From: Tannerella sp.
GTDB taxonomy: Bacteria; Bacteroidota; Bacteroidia; Bacteroidales; Tannerellaceae
Direction: 5' to 3'
Assembly (NCBI GenBank): GCA_031277235.1
Contig: JAITMT010000359.1
Coordinates: forward strand, 1 to 39,464
DNA length: 39,464 nt
Position numbers and translations under genes: made by a program. Of this stretch, positions 10,001-20,428 are shown piece by piece; within the stretch, counting starts at the first letter, position 1, and each line of letters begins with the position of its first letter. The notes below the pieces were generated by a model that made no database searches, was not told the origin of the DNA, and worked only from the letters and a program-made list of their open reading frames with translations.

Positions 10001-10270
10001 TTACCAACTTGCCTTTTTAACGCCCGGAATCAATCCCTGCGAAGCCATTTCGCGGAACTGGATACGGGAGATACCGAACTGACGCATGTATCCTTTCGGA
10101 CGACCGGTGATTTTGCAACGGTTGTGCAAACGGACGGGCGATGCGTTTTTGGGAAGCGACTGCAATTCTTCATATTTGCCTTCGGCTTTCAGTTGCGCTC
10201 TTTTGGCTGCGTATTTCGCAATTAATTTGGCTCTTTTCACTTCGCGAGCCTTCATGGATTCTTTTGCCAT
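10001..10270 (-). CDS. rpsN: 30S ribosomal protein S14 (89 aa, Zn-free type)
   Basis: [10 protein letters not shown]...[14 protein letters not shown]...PGVKKASW. Confidence 0.99.
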   Translation of the reverse strand: MAKESMKAREVKRAKLIAKYAAKRAQLKAEGKYEELQSLPKNASPVRLHNRCKITGRPKGYMRQFGISRIQFREMASQGLIPGVKKASW

Positions 10271-10273
10271 AGT

Positions 10274-10828
10274 TTAATTCTTTTTTGCGTTTTTAAAGGG
10301 CAATCCAAACTCTCTCAGGAGTGCATAACCTTCTTCGTCCGTCTTGGCAGAGGTTACAAAGGTAATATTCATTCCCAATATTTTGGTAATATTGTCAATA
10401 TTTATTTCGGGAAAGATGATTTGTTCCTGTATTCCAAGCGTGTAATTGCCGCGTCCGTCCAGTTTTCCCTCGATTCCGCGGAAGTCGCGGATACGGGGCA
10501 GCGCCACGCGCACCAGTCTTTCGAGAAACTCGTACATTTTTTCGTGCCGGAGCGTTACCCGCACGCCGATCGGCATTTTGCGGCGCAACTTGAAATTGGA
10601 AATATCCTTCTTTGAATAGGTTGCTACGGCTTTCTGACCGGTTATCGTCGTCAATTCCTCGATAGCGACGTCTATGATTTTCTTGTCGGCTGTAGCGATT
10701 CCCAATCCCTGATTCACTACGATTTTCTCCAATACGGGCACTTGCATGACCGATTTGAAGTCAAATTCCTTTTTCAGAGCGGGAACGATGCGCTCCCGGT
10801 AATCCTGTTTTAATGCTGTCATTGCCAT
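10274..10828 (-). CDS. rplE: 50S ribosomal protein L5
   Basis: KIVVNQGLG...ITGQKAV...LPRIRDFRG...DGRGNYTLG. Confidence 0.99.
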   Translation of the reverse strand: MAMTALKQDYRERIVPALKKEFDFKSVMQVPVLEKIVVNQGLGIATADKKIIDVAIEELTTITGQKAVATYSKKDISNFKLRRKMPIGVRVTLRHEKMYEFLERLVRVALPRIRDFRGIEGKLDGRGNYTLGIQEQIIFPEINIDNITKILGMNITFVTSAKTDEEGYALLREFGLPFKNAKKN

Positions 10829-11166
10829 TATTTCAATTCCTCCCCTGATTTTTTAGCGTAACGTACATATTTCTCGGCTTTTTTCTTGCTGCCCGCCGCT
10901 GCCAATTTGCGTCCCACGCGCGTCGGTTTGCCCGATTTCGGGTCGAGCGGGTTCAGGTTGGAAATGTGAACGGATGCTTCCTGTTTCTCGCGTCCTCCCT
11001 GCGGACTTTTCGTGCTGGGTTTCGCATGTTTCGTAACCATATTGATGCCTTCGACGATGGCGCGCTGTTCTTCGACAAGCACTTTCAATACTCTGCCTGT
11101 CTTGCCGCGGTCTTCGCCGGTATTGACATAGACGATGTCGCCTTTCTTAATGTGTAATTTACTCAT
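10828..11166 (-). CDS. rplX: 50S ribosomal protein L24
   Basis: KOW motif [19 protein letters not shown]. Confidence 0.99.
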   Translation of the reverse strand: MSKLHIKKGDIVYVNTGEDRGKTGRVLKVLVEEQRAIVEGINMVTKHAKPSTKSPQGGREKQEASVHISNLNPLDPKSGKPTRVGRKLAAAGSKKKAEKYVRYAKKSGEELK

Positions 11167-11187
11167 CGTAATAATTTTTTTACATTG

Positions 11188-11553
11188 TTAAAGCACTTCG
11201 GGCGCTAATGATACTATTTTCATGTTGGTCGCGCGAAGTTCGCGGGCTACCGGTCCGAAGATGCGGCTGCCGCGTATTTCGCCTGCCTGATTCAACAGTA
11301 CGCAGGCGTTGTCGTCAAAACGGATGTAAGAGCCATCCTGACGGCGTATTTCCTTCTTCGTACGCACGATAATCGCCTTTGAAACGGCGCCTTTTTTCAT
11401 ATCGCTGGCGGGAAGAACGTTTTTCACGCTCACCACGATGATGTCTCCTACGGAGGCATAGCGTCTGCGGGTTCCGCCCAATACGCGGATGCAAAGGGCT
11501 TCTTTTGCGCCGCTGTTGTCCGCCACTATTAATCTTGTCTCTTGCTGTATCAT
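11188..11553 (-). CDS. rplN: 50S ribosomal protein L14
   Basis: VADNSGAK...IRFDDNACV...[10 protein letters not shown]. Confidence 0.99.
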   Translation of the reverse strand: MIQQETRLIVADNSGAKEALCIRVLGGTRRRYASVGDIIVVSVKNVLPASDMKKGAVSKAIIVRTKKEIRRQDGSYIRFDDNACVLLNQAGEIRGSRIFGPVARELRATNMKIVSLAPEVL

Positions 11554-11554
11554 C

Positions 11555-11815
11555 TTATTTGACCTTTTCGATTATTTGAACCAACCGCCATCTTTTGGTT
11601 TTACTCAACGGACGGGTTTCCATAATTTTTACCGTATCGCCGATGCTACACTCGTTCTTCTCGTCGTGCGCGTGATATTTTTTTGTTTTACTCACGAACT
11701 TTCCGTAAATGGGGTGTTTTTCCTTCCATTTTACCGCAACCGTAATGCTTTTTTCCATTTTGTTGCTCAGCACGATACCTGTTCTTTCTTTTCTTAAACT
11801 TTTTCTCCCTTCCAT
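11555..11815 (-). CDS. rpsQ: 30S ribosomal protein S17
   Basis: HPIYGK...AHDEKN...[11 protein letters not shown]. Confidence 0.99.
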   Translation of the reverse strand: MEGRKSLRKERTGIVLSNKMEKSITVAVKWKEKHPIYGKFVSKTKKYHAHDEKNECSIGDTVKIMETRPLSKTKRWRLVQIIEKVK

Positions 11816-11819
11816 CGGT

Positions 11820-12017
11820 TCATTTTTTATTGATTTCTCTTTGACGTATTTCCGTTTTTACGCGGGCAATCGTTTTGCGTAACTGCCTGATTCTTCCGGG
11901 ATTGTCCAGCGGGCTGATGCTGTGATTGATTCTCAACTGCGTCAGGGCAACCGTATCGGCATCTATTCTTTCATTTAATTCCTTGTCGCTCAGACTCTTA
12001 ATTTCTGCTTTCTTCAT
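11820..12017 (-). CDS. rpmC: 50S ribosomal protein L29
   Basis: [19 protein letters not shown]; position between rplP and rpsQ. Confidence 0.97.
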   Translation of the reverse strand: MKKAEIKSLSDKELNERIDADTVALTQLRINHSISPLDNPGRIRQLRKTIARVKTEIRQREINKK

Positions 12018-12022
12018 AATCT

Positions 12023-12457
12023 TTACGCATTTTCGTTTTTCATATCATACTCTCTTCTCACGATAAACTTCGTTGTTACCGGAAGTTTCTGTGCGGCAAG
12101 GCGCAAGGCTTCTTTGGCAATGTCAAAGGATACGCCGTCTATTTCAAAGATGATTCTGCCCGGAGTTACCGGAGCCACGAATCCTTCGGGGTCTCCTTTT
12201 CCCTTACCCATACGCACGTCGGCGGGTTTTTTGGTGATGGGCTTGTCGGGAAATACCCTCATCCATACCTGTCCCTGACGTTGCATGTATCTGGTTACGG
12301 CTTGACGGGCTGCCTCCAACTGGCGTCCCGTCAGCCATTTCGTATCTAATGACTTGATGCCGAACGAACCGAAAGCCAACTGATTACCTCGCTGAGCAAG
12401 TCCCTTCGCACGACCTTTCATCGGTCTTCTGTACTTTACTTTTTTAGGTTGTAACAT
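12023..12457 (-). CDS. rplP: 50S ribosomal protein L16
   Basis: [10 protein letters not shown]...[17 protein letters not shown]. Confidence 0.99.
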   Translation of the reverse strand: MLQPKKVKYRRPMKGRAKGLAQRGNQLAFGSFGIKSLDTKWLTGRQLEAARQAVTRYMQRQGQVWMRVFPDKPITKKPADVRMGKGKGDPEGFVAPVTPGRIIFEIDGVSFDIAKEALRLAAQKLPVTTKFIVRREYDMKNENA

Positions 12458-12478
12458 AATTACTTACTTTTATATGGT

Positions 12479-13327
12479 TTAACGATTCGGTCTTGCGTTT
12501 CTGTCTCTTCTATCGCCTCCTCTGTCGGGTCTGTCACCGACTCTCTCGCGGCGTTCGCCCCTGTCGCCTCCGCGATCTCCGCCTCTATCTCTGTCTCCGC
12601 CTCTTCTTCTCTTGAAGGGTTTATCGCTGCGATCTCCTCTCGGAGCATCGTTTTTGCGTGCAAAATCTTTGGTAGCCGAGAATGAAGGCGCCAGATCTCT
12701 TTTTTCATACACTTCGCCACGGCATATCCATACCTTGATGCCGAGCAGTCCCACTTTCGTAAGCGCCTCAGCCAGAGCGTAGTCAATGTCGGCGCGGAAC
12801 GTGTGCAACGGTGTGCGTCCTTCCTTGTACATTTCGGAACGCGCCATTTCAGCGCCGTTCAGACGACCCGAAACCTGCACCTTGATACCTTCCGCTCCCA
12901 TGCGCATGGTCGAAGCAATTGCCTGTTTCACCGCGCGGCGGTAGGCAATTTTTCCTTCGAGCTGGTGCGCGATGTTCGTCGCCACGATGACGGCGTCCAG
13001 TTCGGGGCGTTTGATTTCGTAGATGTTGATCTGCACTTCCTTGTCGGTAATTTTCTTGATTTCCTCTTTCAGTTTGTCCACTTCGGAGCCTGCCTTACCG
13101 ATGATCATACCCGGACGCGACGTACAGACGGTGATGGTGATCAGCTTCAATGTACGTTCTATTACGATGCGCGACACGCTTGCCTTTGCAAGACGGGTAT
13201 TCAAATAATTACGTATTTTGCTGTCTTCCAGCAACATGTCTCCGTAATTCTTTCCGCCATACCAATTGGAGTCCCATCCGCGGATGATTCCTAAACGATT
13301 ACTTATCGGATTTACTTTTTGTCCCAT
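12479..13327 (-). CDS. rpsC: 30S ribosomal protein S3 with RGGD-rich tail
   Basis: MGQKVNP...[13 protein letters not shown]...[11 protein letters not shown]; start corrected to 13327. Confidence 0.99.
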   Translation of the reverse strand: MGQKVNPISNRLGIIRGWDSNWYGGKNYGDMLLEDSKIRNYLNTRLAKASVSRIVIERTLKLITITVCTSRPGMIIGKAGSEVDKLKEEIKKITDKEVQINIYEIKRPELDAVIVATNIAHQLEGKIAYRRAVKQAIASTMRMGAEGIKVQVSGRLNGAEMARSEMYKEGRTPLHTFRADIDYALAEALTKVGLLGIKVWICRGEVYEKRDLAPSFSATKDFARKNDAPRGDRSDKPFKRRRGGDRDRGGDRGGDRGERRERVGDRPDRGGDRRDRNARPNR

Positions 13328-13335
13328 CTTTGCAA

Positions 13336-13776
13336 TTAATTTTGACTTTCTTTTATTGTTTCCTTTTCTTCTTCTTTCGCAACAGCCGCCTTGGTATCCA
13401 CGAACAGCGTTACGTGATTCGAGCGTTTGCGTATCCTGTAACCGCGTCCTTGCGGGGCGGGACGCATGCGTTTCAGCGTCGTCGAGCAATCCACGCTTAT
13501 TCCGGTTACGAACAGTTCGCCCGTTTCCGCTTTCCGCTCGTTCTTCAATTCCCAATTGGCAATTGCCGAACGGAGCAGTTTTTCCACCTTTGCCGCTGCT
13601 TCCTTGTTGGAGAATTTCAACACTCCGAGCGCGCGGAACACTTCCATGCCGCGAATCATGTCCGCCACCAAGCGCATCTTGCGCGGCGAACTCGGAACAT
13701 TGTTCAATTTTGCGAAAGAAACCTTCTTCAACGCTTCTTTTCTTTCCTCTGCTGCTTTCCTTTTTCTTGCACCCAT
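13336..13776 (-). CDS. rplV: 50S ribosomal protein L22
   Basis: [14 protein letters not shown]...SAIAN...[16 protein letters not shown]. Confidence 0.99.
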   Translation of the reverse strand: MGARKRKAAEERKEALKKVSFAKLNNVPSSPRKMRLVADMIRGMEVFRALGVLKFSNKEAAAKVEKLLRSAIANWELKNERKAETGELFVTGISVDCSTTLKRMRPAPQGRGYRIRKRSNHVTLFVDTKAAVAKEEEKETIKESQN

Positions 13777-13788
13777 AGTTTCTGTTTT

Positions 13789-14055
13789 TTATTTCTTGTT
13801 ACCTGCGTGTCCACGGAATATGCGCGTTGGCGAAAATTCCCCTAACTTATGACCTACCATATTCTCGGTAATGAATACCGGAATGAACTTATTTCCATTG
13901 TGAACCGCGATCGTATGACCCACAAAATCCGGTGAGATCATGGATGCTCTTGCCCACGTTTTTAACACTGTTTTCTTGCCCGATTCATTCATCGCCAGAA
14001 TTCTTTTTTCCAGTTTTATATTGATGTACGGACCTTTTTTTAATGAACGACTCAT
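13789..14055 (-). CDS. rpsS: 30S ribosomal protein S19
   Basis: [10 protein letters not shown]...[13 protein letters not shown]. Confidence 0.99.
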   Translation of the reverse strand: MSRSLKKGPYINIKLEKRILAMNESGKKTVLKTWARASMISPDFVGHTIAVHNGNKFIPVFITENMVGHKLGEFSPTRIFRGHAGNKK

Positions 14056-14080
14056 AGTTTTCTTGTCAATTAATCAGTTT

Positions 14081-14905
14081 TTACTTTTTCCTTCTTTCGA
14101 TGATGTAACGGTTCGAGGATTTCTTCGGGGCTCTTGTCTTCAAACCCTTGGCATACAAGCCCTTGCGCGAACGGGGATGTCCTCCCGAAGCGCGTCCTTC
14201 GCCACCGCCCATCGGGTGGTCAACCGGGTTCATAACGACTCCGCGGTTTCTGGGACGGCGTCCGAGCCATCTCGAACGACCGGCTTTTCCTGATTTCTCC
14301 AATGCGTGGTCTGAATTGCCCACGCTTCCTATTGTCGCTTTGCAGGCTGATAAAATCTTCCTGGTTTCGCCTGAAGGCATCTTGATCACGGCATAGGTTC
14401 CTTCCCGCGACGTCAGCTGGGCGAATGCGCCTGCCGAGCGTACCAATTTGGCTCCCTGACCGGGACGGAGTTCTATGTTGTGAATAATCGTACCGACAGG
14501 GATGTCCTGCATCTGTAACGTGTTTCCTATTTCGGGCGCTGCTCCGCTGCCCGACATCACTGTTTGACCGACCTGCAAGCCGTTGGGAGCCACGATGTAA
14601 CTCTTTTCTCCGTCGGCGTAATACAACAGCGCGATACGCGAGGTACGATTCGGATCGTACTCTATGGTTTTCACTGTTGCAGGAATGCCATCTTTGCTTC
14701 TCTTGAAATCAATAAATCTGTATTTGCGCTTGTGACCGCCACCCATGTAACGCATGGTCATCTTTCCGGTGTTGTTGCGACCGCCTGTGCTTTTTTTACC
14801 TGTTACAAGAGATTTTTCCGGTGTACTTGCAGTGATATTATCAAATGCACCGATAATCTTGTGTCTTTGCCCCGGGGTTGTGGGCTTTAATTTGCGTATT
14901 CCCAT
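14081..14905 (-). CDS. rplB: 50S ribosomal protein L2
   Basis: IEYDPNR...[13 protein letters not shown]. Confidence 0.99.
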   Translation of the reverse strand: MGIRKLKPTTPGQRHKIIGAFDNITASTPEKSLVTGKKSTGGRNNTGKMTMRYMGGGHKRKYRFIDFKRSKDGIPATVKTIEYDPNRTSRIALLYYADGEKSYIVAPNGLQVGQTVMSGSGAAPEIGNTLQMQDIPVGTIIHNIELRPGQGAKLVRSAGAFAQLTSREGTYAVIKMPSGETRKILSACKATIGSVGNSDHALEKSGKAGRSRWLGRRPRNRGVVMNPVDHPMGGGEGRASGGHPRSRKGLYAKGLKTRAPKKSSNRYIIERRKK

Positions 14906-14914
14906 CTCTTTTCT

Positions 14915-15208
14915 TTAAATATTACTGAAGAAGTCAATTGTATCGCCTTCCTTTAATGTTACGATTGCTTTTTTGAATGCCGTTTGGCGACCGCTGACGA
15001 CGCCCGATTTCGTATAGCGACTTTTTCGCTTGCCCGGAAAGTACATCGTATTCACGTCTTCCACCACAACATTGTACAACTCTTCCACGGCTTTCCTGAT
15101 TTCCAGTTTATTCGCGTCAGGCTGAACTCTGAACCCTACTCTGTTCGGTTTTTTATCCGTAATCTTTGTCAGTTTTTCCGTGACAATGGGTTTGATAATG
15201 ATACTCAT
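14915..15208 (-). CDS. rplW: 50S ribosomal protein L23
   Basis: IIKPIVTEK...ANKLEI...KKAIVTL. Confidence 0.98.
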   Translation of the reverse strand: MSIIIKPIVTEKLTKITDKKPNRVGFRVQPDANKLEIRKAVEELYNVVVEDVNTMYFPGKRKSRYTKSGVVSGRQTAFKKAIVTLKEGDTIDFFSNI

Positions 15209-15222
15209 TTTGTGTTCCCTCC

Positions 15223-15852
15223 TTATGCCTTTAAAATGTTTTCGATGATGGATACCGAACTTTCCGTCAATAACAGATTGTTGGCGTCCAGCACTTTGTA
15301 TGTATTCAAGTCGCTTGCCTTGATGATTTCCGCCGTTTGCACGTTGCGAGCCGACAGATAAATCGCCTTGTCTCCTTCCGCCAAAACCAGCAGCACTTTT
15401 TTACCGTCCAGTTTCAAATCCTTCACGAAAGTCAGAAATTCTTTAGTCTTCGGCGCATCCATCGTAAAATCCTCAATGACTGTGATTTCGTTAGCCTGCG
15501 CCTTGTAGGAAAGCGCGGATTTGCGAGCCAGCGCCTTTACTTTTTTGTTCAGTTTGAAACTGTAATCGCGCGGTTTCGGTCCGAAAACCCTGCCGCCGCC
15601 CACCAGTACGGGCGAGTTTATATCTCCCCGGCGGGCGCCGCCGCCGCCTTTCTGGCGAATGAGTTTGCGGGTGCTGCCCGAAACTTCGCTTCTTTCCTTC
15701 GATTTATGCGTTCCCTGACGTTGATTTGCCATGTAGTGCTTCACGTCAAGATAGATTGCGTGGTCATTCGGTTCAATTCCAAAAACCTCGTCGCTGAGCG
15801 TCACCTTTTTTCCGGTTTCTTCTCCTTTTTTATTTATTACGCTTAGTTCCAT
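15223..15852 (-). CDS. rplD: 50S ribosomal protein L4
   Basis: [15 protein letters not shown]...[11 protein letters not shown]...FGPKPR. Confidence 0.99.
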   Translation of the reverse strand: MELSVINKKGEETGKKVTLSDEVFGIEPNDHAIYLDVKHYMANQRQGTHKSKERSEVSGSTRKLIRQKGGGGARRGDINSPVLVGGGRVFGPKPRDYSFKLNKKVKALARKSALSYKAQANEITVIEDFTMDAPKTKEFLTFVKDLKLDGKKVLLVLAEGDKAIYLSARNVQTAEIIKASDLNTYKVLDANNLLLTESSVSIIENILKA

Positions 15853-16469
15853 TACATTTCTATTAATAAGATTGAACCTTTTGCTCCGGGAACAGAACCT
15901 TTGACCATCAAAATGTTTTGTTCCGGCAATACTTTAATCACTTCCAGGTTTTGCACCGTTACGCGCACGTTGCCCATCTGTCCCGCCATTCGCGTGCCTT
16001 TAAACACTTTGGCAGGATACGAACAGGCGCCGATACTTCCCGGCTTGCGCTGGCGGTCGCTCTGACCGTGCGTTATTTCACCTACTCCGCCGAATCCGTG
16101 GCGTTTCATAACACCCTGAAATCCTTTACCTTTCGAGGTGCCGATGACGTCCACGTATTGGGAGTCGTTCAGCAAATCGGCGGTAATTACATCTCCAAGT
16201 TTGTACTCGGACTCAAAATTCTTGAACTCGGCCAAGTATTTTTGCGGGGCTACGCCCGCTTTCTTGAAATGGCCTGCTTCGGGCTTTGTCGTATGCTTCT
16301 CCTTTTTTTCCTGGAAGCCTAACTGAACTGCCTTATAACCGTCTTTTTCAGCGGTTTTTAACTGGGTAACCACACAAGGACCAACTTCTATAACAGTGCA
16401 TGGCAGGTTTCTGCCCTCGGCGCTGAAAACGGATGTCATTCCGATTTTTTTTCCTAATAATCCCGGCAT
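15852..16469 (-). CDS. rplC: 50S ribosomal protein L3
   Basis: [10 protein letters not shown]...[15 protein letters not shown]. Confidence 0.99.
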   Translation of the reverse strand: MPGLLGKKIGMTSVFSAEGRNLPCTVIEVGPCVVTQLKTAEKDGYKAVQLGFQEKKEKHTTKPEAGHFKKAGVAPQKYLAEFKNFESEYKLGDVITADLLNDSQYVDVIGTSKGKGFQGVMKRHGFGGVGEITHGQSDRQRKPGSIGACSYPAKVFKGTRMAGQMGNVRVTVQNLEVIKVLPEQNILMVKGSVPGAKGSILLIEM

Positions 16470-16513
16470 TTCTTTATTTTTTTTATTATTAAATTCCTTA
16501 AATTCAATTTTTT

Positions 16514-16576
16514 ATTTGAAAATTTGAGAATTTGAATATTAACCATTGAATTTTCAAATCTTCAAATCCTCAACTC
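16514..16576. repeat. Inverted pair of octamer arrays in the rpsJ-rplC spacer
   Basis: atttgaaa atttgaga atttgaat (16514-16537) faces ttcaaatc ttcaaatc ctcaactc (16553-16576). Confidence 0.8.
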
Positions 16577-16578
16577 TT

Positions 16579-16884
16579 TTATACCTTTATTTCCACTTCA
16601 ACTCCGCTCGGAAGTTCCAGTTTCATCAACGCATCAACCGTTTTCGGGGTCGAACTGTATATGTCTATCAACCTTTTATAAGCCGAAAGCTCGAACTGTT
16701 CGCGAGATTTCTTGTTTACAAAAGTTGAGCGATTTACCGTAAAGATACGCTTGTGCGTCGGCAACGGAATCGGACCGCTAACCACCGCACCGGTGGACTT
16801 TACCGTCTTGACGATTTTCTCCGATGATCTGTCCACCAGCGAGTAATCGTAAGATTTTAGTTTAATTCTGATTTTTTGGCTCAT
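16579..16884 (-). CDS. rpsJ: 30S ribosomal protein S10
   Basis: [10 protein letters not shown]...GPIPLPT...SREQFE. Confidence 0.99.
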   Translation of the reverse strand: MSQKIRIKLKSYDYSLVDRSSEKIVKTVKSTGAVVSGPIPLPTHKRIFTVNRSTFVNKKSREQFELSAYKRLIDIYSSTPKTVDALMKLELPSGVEVEIKV

Positions 16885-16901
16885 ATTTATTTTTTCTTTA
16901 A

Positions 16902-19028
16902 TTATTTTATCAAATCCACACGTCCCTGCATTTCCGTCAACACCTGTTTGGCTATCGAAGATGAAACCTGCTCGTAATGAGAAAATTGCATCGAAGAAGT
17001 AGCGCGTCCCGAAGTAATCGTTCTCAGGGCGGTTACGTATCCGAACGTCTCAGCCAGCGGCACTCTTGCCTTCACAATACGCGCTCCGGCACGGCTCGAT
17101 TCCATTCCTTCCACCTGTCCGCGACGCTTGTTCAGGTCGCCGATGACATCGCCCATATTTTCTTCCGGCGTTACGACTTCTATCTTCATGATCGGCTCCT
17201 TCAACACGGGCGATGCTTTCAAACACGCATTTTTAAATGCCTGAATAGCACATATTTCAAAAGAAAGTTGGTCTGAATCAACCGGGTGATAGGAACCGTC
17301 TTTCAGCACGACTTTCAGTTTTTCGAGCGTGAATCCTGCCAGCACGCCGTTGTTCATCGCCTTGCTGAATCCTGCCTGAACCGACGGAATAAATTCTTTC
17401 GGAATATTTCCGCCCTTGACTTCGTCCACGAATTGCAGACGCTCCTCAAATCCTTCATCTGCAGGACCTACGCTCACGATAATATCCGCGAACTTTCCGC
17501 GACCGCCGGTCTGTTTCTTGTAAACTTCGCGTAAATTAACTGTCTGGGTAATAGCCTCCTTGTAGGAAACGAGCGGTCGTCCCTGGTTGCATTCCACCTT
17601 AAATTCGCGACGCAAACGCTCGATGATGATTTCGAGGTGGAGTTCACCCATACCGCGAATAATCGTCTGACCGGTTTCCTCGTTGCTCTCAACGCGGAAC
17701 GACGGGTCTTCTTCCGCCAGTTTGGAAAGTCCCGTTCCGAGTTTATCCAAATCCTTTTGCGTTTTAGGCTCGATGGCAATACCGATTACGGGATCGGGGA
17801 AATCCATGGATTCGAGTACAATGTGGTGATTTTCACTGCAAAGCGTATCGCCTGTACGAATATCCTTGAACCCTACCGCCGCGCCAATGTCGCCGCAACC
17901 AATCTTTTCCATCGGATTCTGTTTGTTGGAATGCATCTGGAAAAGTCTGGAAATCCGTTCTTTTTTGCCCGTACGCGGGTTATAAACGTATGATCCGGCA
18001 TTCATTTCGCCTGCATAGACGCGGAAGAAGCACAAACGCCCCACGTAGGGGTCTGTGGCAATCTTGAACGCCAAAGCTGTGAGCGGCTCTTCGGGAACCG
18101 GTTTGCGCGTGATGACTCTGTCGGGACGGTCGGGGTCTTGCCCTTCGATGGCGGGCGTGTCTTCCGGACTCGGCAAATAGGCGCAAACGGCGTCGAGCAA
18201 TGTCTGAACGCCTTTGTTTTTGAAAGACGAACCGCAAATCATCGGATTAATCTTCATTGCCAGCGTTCCCTTGCGGATAGCGGCTCTGATATCGTCTGCC
18301 GTGATGGCGGACGGGTCGTCAAAATATTTTTCCATCAGCGCGTCATCACATTCGGCTATGACTTCGAGCATTTTTTCGCGCCATTCCTGCGCTTCCTCGA
18401 GCAAATCGGCGGAAATTTCTTCCGTGCTGTATTCGGCTCCCATCGTCTCGTCGTGCCAGTAAATGGCTTTCATGGTGACCAAGTCCACCACGCCCTTAAA
18501 TTTTTCTTCCGCCCCGATGGGTATCTGTATCGGACACGGAGTTGCGCCAAGCACATCGTGCACCTGACGGACGACTTCAAAAAAGTTGGCGCCCGAACGG
18601 TCCATTTTGTTCACGTAACCGATGCGGGGTACATTGTAGCGGTCTGCCTGTCTCCAGACAGTTTCCGACTGTGGCTCCACGCCGCCAACGGCGCAAAAAG
18701 CAGCCACTGCTCCGTCCAGGACTCTGAGTGAACGTTCCACTTCTATCGTGAAGTCCACGTGTCCCGGGGTATCTATCAAATTAATTTTATATTTCTGATT
18801 GTTGTAATTCCAGAATGCCGTAGTAGCCGCGGAAGTAATGGTGATACCCCGCTCCTGCTCCTGGTCCATCCAGTCCATCGTAGCCGCTCCGTCGTGCACC
18901 TCGCCTATCTTGTGGGTAAGCCCCGTGTAGTAGAGGACGCGCTCCGAAGTCGTAGTTTTGCCGGCATCAATGTGCGCCATGATGCCGATGTTTCTTGTAT
19001 AATTTAATATTTCGTCTGTTTTACTCAT
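16902..19028 (-). CDS. fusA: Elongation factor G
   Basis: [38 protein letters not shown]; start corrected to ATG 19028 (708 aa). Confidence 0.99.
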   Translation of the reverse strand: MSKTDEILNYTRNIGIMAHIDAGKTTTSERVLYYTGLTHKIGEVHDGAATMDWMDQEQERGITITSAATTAFWNYNNQKYKINLIDTPGHVDFTIEVERSLRVLDGAVAAFCAVGGVEPQSETVWRQADRYNVPRIGYVNKMDRSGANFFEVVRQVHDVLGATPCPIQIPIGAEEKFKGVVDLVTMKAIYWHDETMGAEYSTEEISADLLEEAQEWREKMLEVIAECDDALMEKYFDDPSAITADDIRAAIRKGTLAMKINPMICGSSFKNKGVQTLLDAVCAYLPSPEDTPAIEGQDPDRPDRVITRKPVPEEPLTALAFKIATDPYVGRLCFFRVYAGEMNAGSYVYNPRTGKKERISRLFQMHSNKQNPMEKIGCGDIGAAVGFKDIRTGDTLCSENHHIVLESMDFPDPVIGIAIEPKTQKDLDKLGTGLSKLAEEDPSFRVESNEETGQTIIRGMGELHLEIIIERLRREFKVECNQGRPLVSYKEAITQTVNLREVYKKQTGGRGKFADIIVSVGPADEGFEERLQFVDEVKGGNIPKEFIPSVQAGFSKAMNNGVLAGFTLEKLKVVLKDGSYHPVDSDQLSFEICAIQAFKNACLKASPVLKEPIMKIEVVTPEENMGDVIGDLNKRRGQVEGMESSRAGARIVKARVPLAETFGYVTALRTITSGRATSSMQFSHYEQVSSSIAKQVLTEMQGRVDLIK

Positions 19029-19038
19029 TTTGATTGAA

Positions 19039-19515
19039 TTAGAAACGGAAATAAGCAAATGCACGGTTTGCTTCCGCCATTCTGTGCATGTCTTCTTTTC
19101 GTTTGAATGCTCCGCCCTGATTGTTGAACGCATCAACAATCTCGGAACACAGTTTGTCCGACATGGATTTTCCTCCACGTTTACGGGCATATTCTATTAA
19201 ATTTTTCATTGAAATGGATTCCTTTCTATCCGGACGGATTTCTGTAGGAACCTGGAAGGTAGCCCCACCCACGCGGCGAGACTTCACTTCTATCTGAGGA
19301 GTTATATTTTCCAGGGCGGCTCTCCATATTTCCAGCGCCGACTTTTCTTCGTTGGGCAGTTTTTTCTTCACGGTGTCCAGCGCCGTATAGAAAATCTCGA
19401 ACGCGGTATTTTTCTTACCATCGTACATCAAATGGTTCACAAACCTCGTAACCCTTGTATCACCGAACACCGGATCCGGTAAAATCTGGCGTTTTTTTGG
19501 CTTTATCTTTCTCAT
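19039..19515 (-). CDS. rpsG: 30S ribosomal protein S7
   Basis: [15 protein letters not shown]...[11 protein letters not shown]. Confidence 0.99.
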   Translation of the reverse strand: MRKIKPKKRQILPDPVFGDTRVTRFVNHLMYDGKKNTAFEIFYTALDTVKKKLPNEEKSALEIWRAALENITPQIEVKSRRVGGATFQVPTEIRPDRKESISMKNLIEYARKRGGKSMSDKLCSEIVDAFNNQGGAFKRKEDMHRMAEANRAFAYFRF

Positions 19516-19546
19516 TTTGTCTCAAAATTATGTTCTTGTTCTGTTT

Positions 19547-19598
19547 GGCTGCTGATTTATTCTGTCTTCAACGGTTCCTCCGAATCATTTACTCAACC
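19547..19598 (-). promoter_or_regulatory. Candidate uS7-binding translational operator (r-leader) in the rpsL-rpsG spacer
   Basis: GGUUG/CAGCC closing helix; inner AGUA-hairpin-GAAGAC resembles the 16S h43 context AGUA-hairpin-GAAUAC. Confidence 0.55.
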
Positions 19599-19703
19599 TT
19601 TTCATCATCACTCTTTCAAAAATCAATTTTCCAAATAAACTTAAACAGATTTATAAATGTATAATATGTTAATTCTCTCGCTGTTTGTTATTTACCTTGC
19701 GGT

Positions 19704-20117
19704 TTATTTCTTTTTCCCTTTCGCTGCTGCGGCTGCTGCCTGTCCCGGTTTCGGACGTTTTGCTCCATATTTTGAACGGCGCTGCGTGCGGCTTGCGACG
19801 CCTGCCGTATCTAATGTACCGCGTACAATATGATAGCGCACGCCCGGAAGGTCTTTCACGCGACCGCCGCGCACCAGTACGATTGAGTGTTCCTGCAAGT
19901 TGTGTCCTTCGCCCGGAATGTAGGAGTTCACCTCCTTGTGGTTCGTCAGACGAACGCGCGCCACCTTGCGCATCGCAGAATTGGGCTTCTTGGGCGTCGT
20001 CGTGTAAACACGTACGCATACGCCGCGTCTTTGCGGACAAGCATCCAACGCAGGAGACTTGCCTTTGACCACCAAAGTCTCTCTTCCTTTTCTTACTAAC
20101 TGTTGAATTGTAGGCAT
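19704..20117 (-). CDS. rpsL: 30S ribosomal protein S12
   Basis: [10 protein letters not shown]...PKKPNSA...[12 protein letters not shown]. Confidence 0.99.
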   Translation of the reverse strand: MPTIQQLVRKGRETLVVKGKSPALDACPQRRGVCVRVYTTTPKKPNSAMRKVARVRLTNHKEVNSYIPGEGHNLQEHSIVLVRGGRVKDLPGVRYHIVRGTLDTAGVASRTQRRSKYGAKRPKPGQAAAAAAKGKKK

Positions 20118-20171
20118 TTTTCTACTATTTTATTCTTTATTTTTTATTGTCTTTTTGTTTAATTTGGGGTG

Positions 20172-20179
20172 CAAAGATA
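20172..20179 (-). promoter_or_regulatory. -7 promoter element of the str/ribosomal superoperon
   Basis: TATCTTTG(CAC) 54 nt upstream of the rpsL ATG. Confidence 0.8.
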
Positions 20180-20377
20180 CGAACATTTTTGAATACAAAA
20201 AATTTTTTTCAAGTTTTTTTTGTATTTGGCGGTTTTTATGAATGAAATGCGGCTGTTTTTTTGGGGAAAAAACAGGAATTGCGCGAAAGACGGAAATTTC
20301 TATTAAAGATGACGGGTACAAACATATTTTTTCCCTTCAAAGTGAATATTGCCAAAAACCAACCTGTAAAACAAAAA

Positions 20378-20409
20378 TTTGGCAAATTGAAAAATTGTTT
20401 TTACCTTTG
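20378..20409 (+). promoter_or_regulatory. Complete Bacteroidetes promoter for the TerB-C/ATPase/TelA operon
   Basis: TTTG (20378-20381), 20-nt spacer, TACCTTTG (20402-20409), 19 nt before ATG 20429. Confidence 0.8.
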
Positions 20410-20428
20410 GCTGAAAAATTTTCTCAAA

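Noticed and set aside
13328-13555. 76-aa N-terminal extension of uS3 in the ORF track
   Set aside because: It overlaps rplV in another frame; the canonical MGQK start is at 13327.
16885-16901. No tuf between fusA and rpsJ (likewise no adk after secY)
   Set aside because: Normal Bacteroidetes gene order.
19029-19190. N-terminal extension of EF-G
   Set aside because: It overlaps rpsG; ATG 19028 gives a normal EF-G.
20261-20428. 56-aa N-terminal extension of the TerB-C protein
   Set aside because: The TTG start lies upstream of the operon's promoter; ATG 20429 places the TM helix at the N-terminus.
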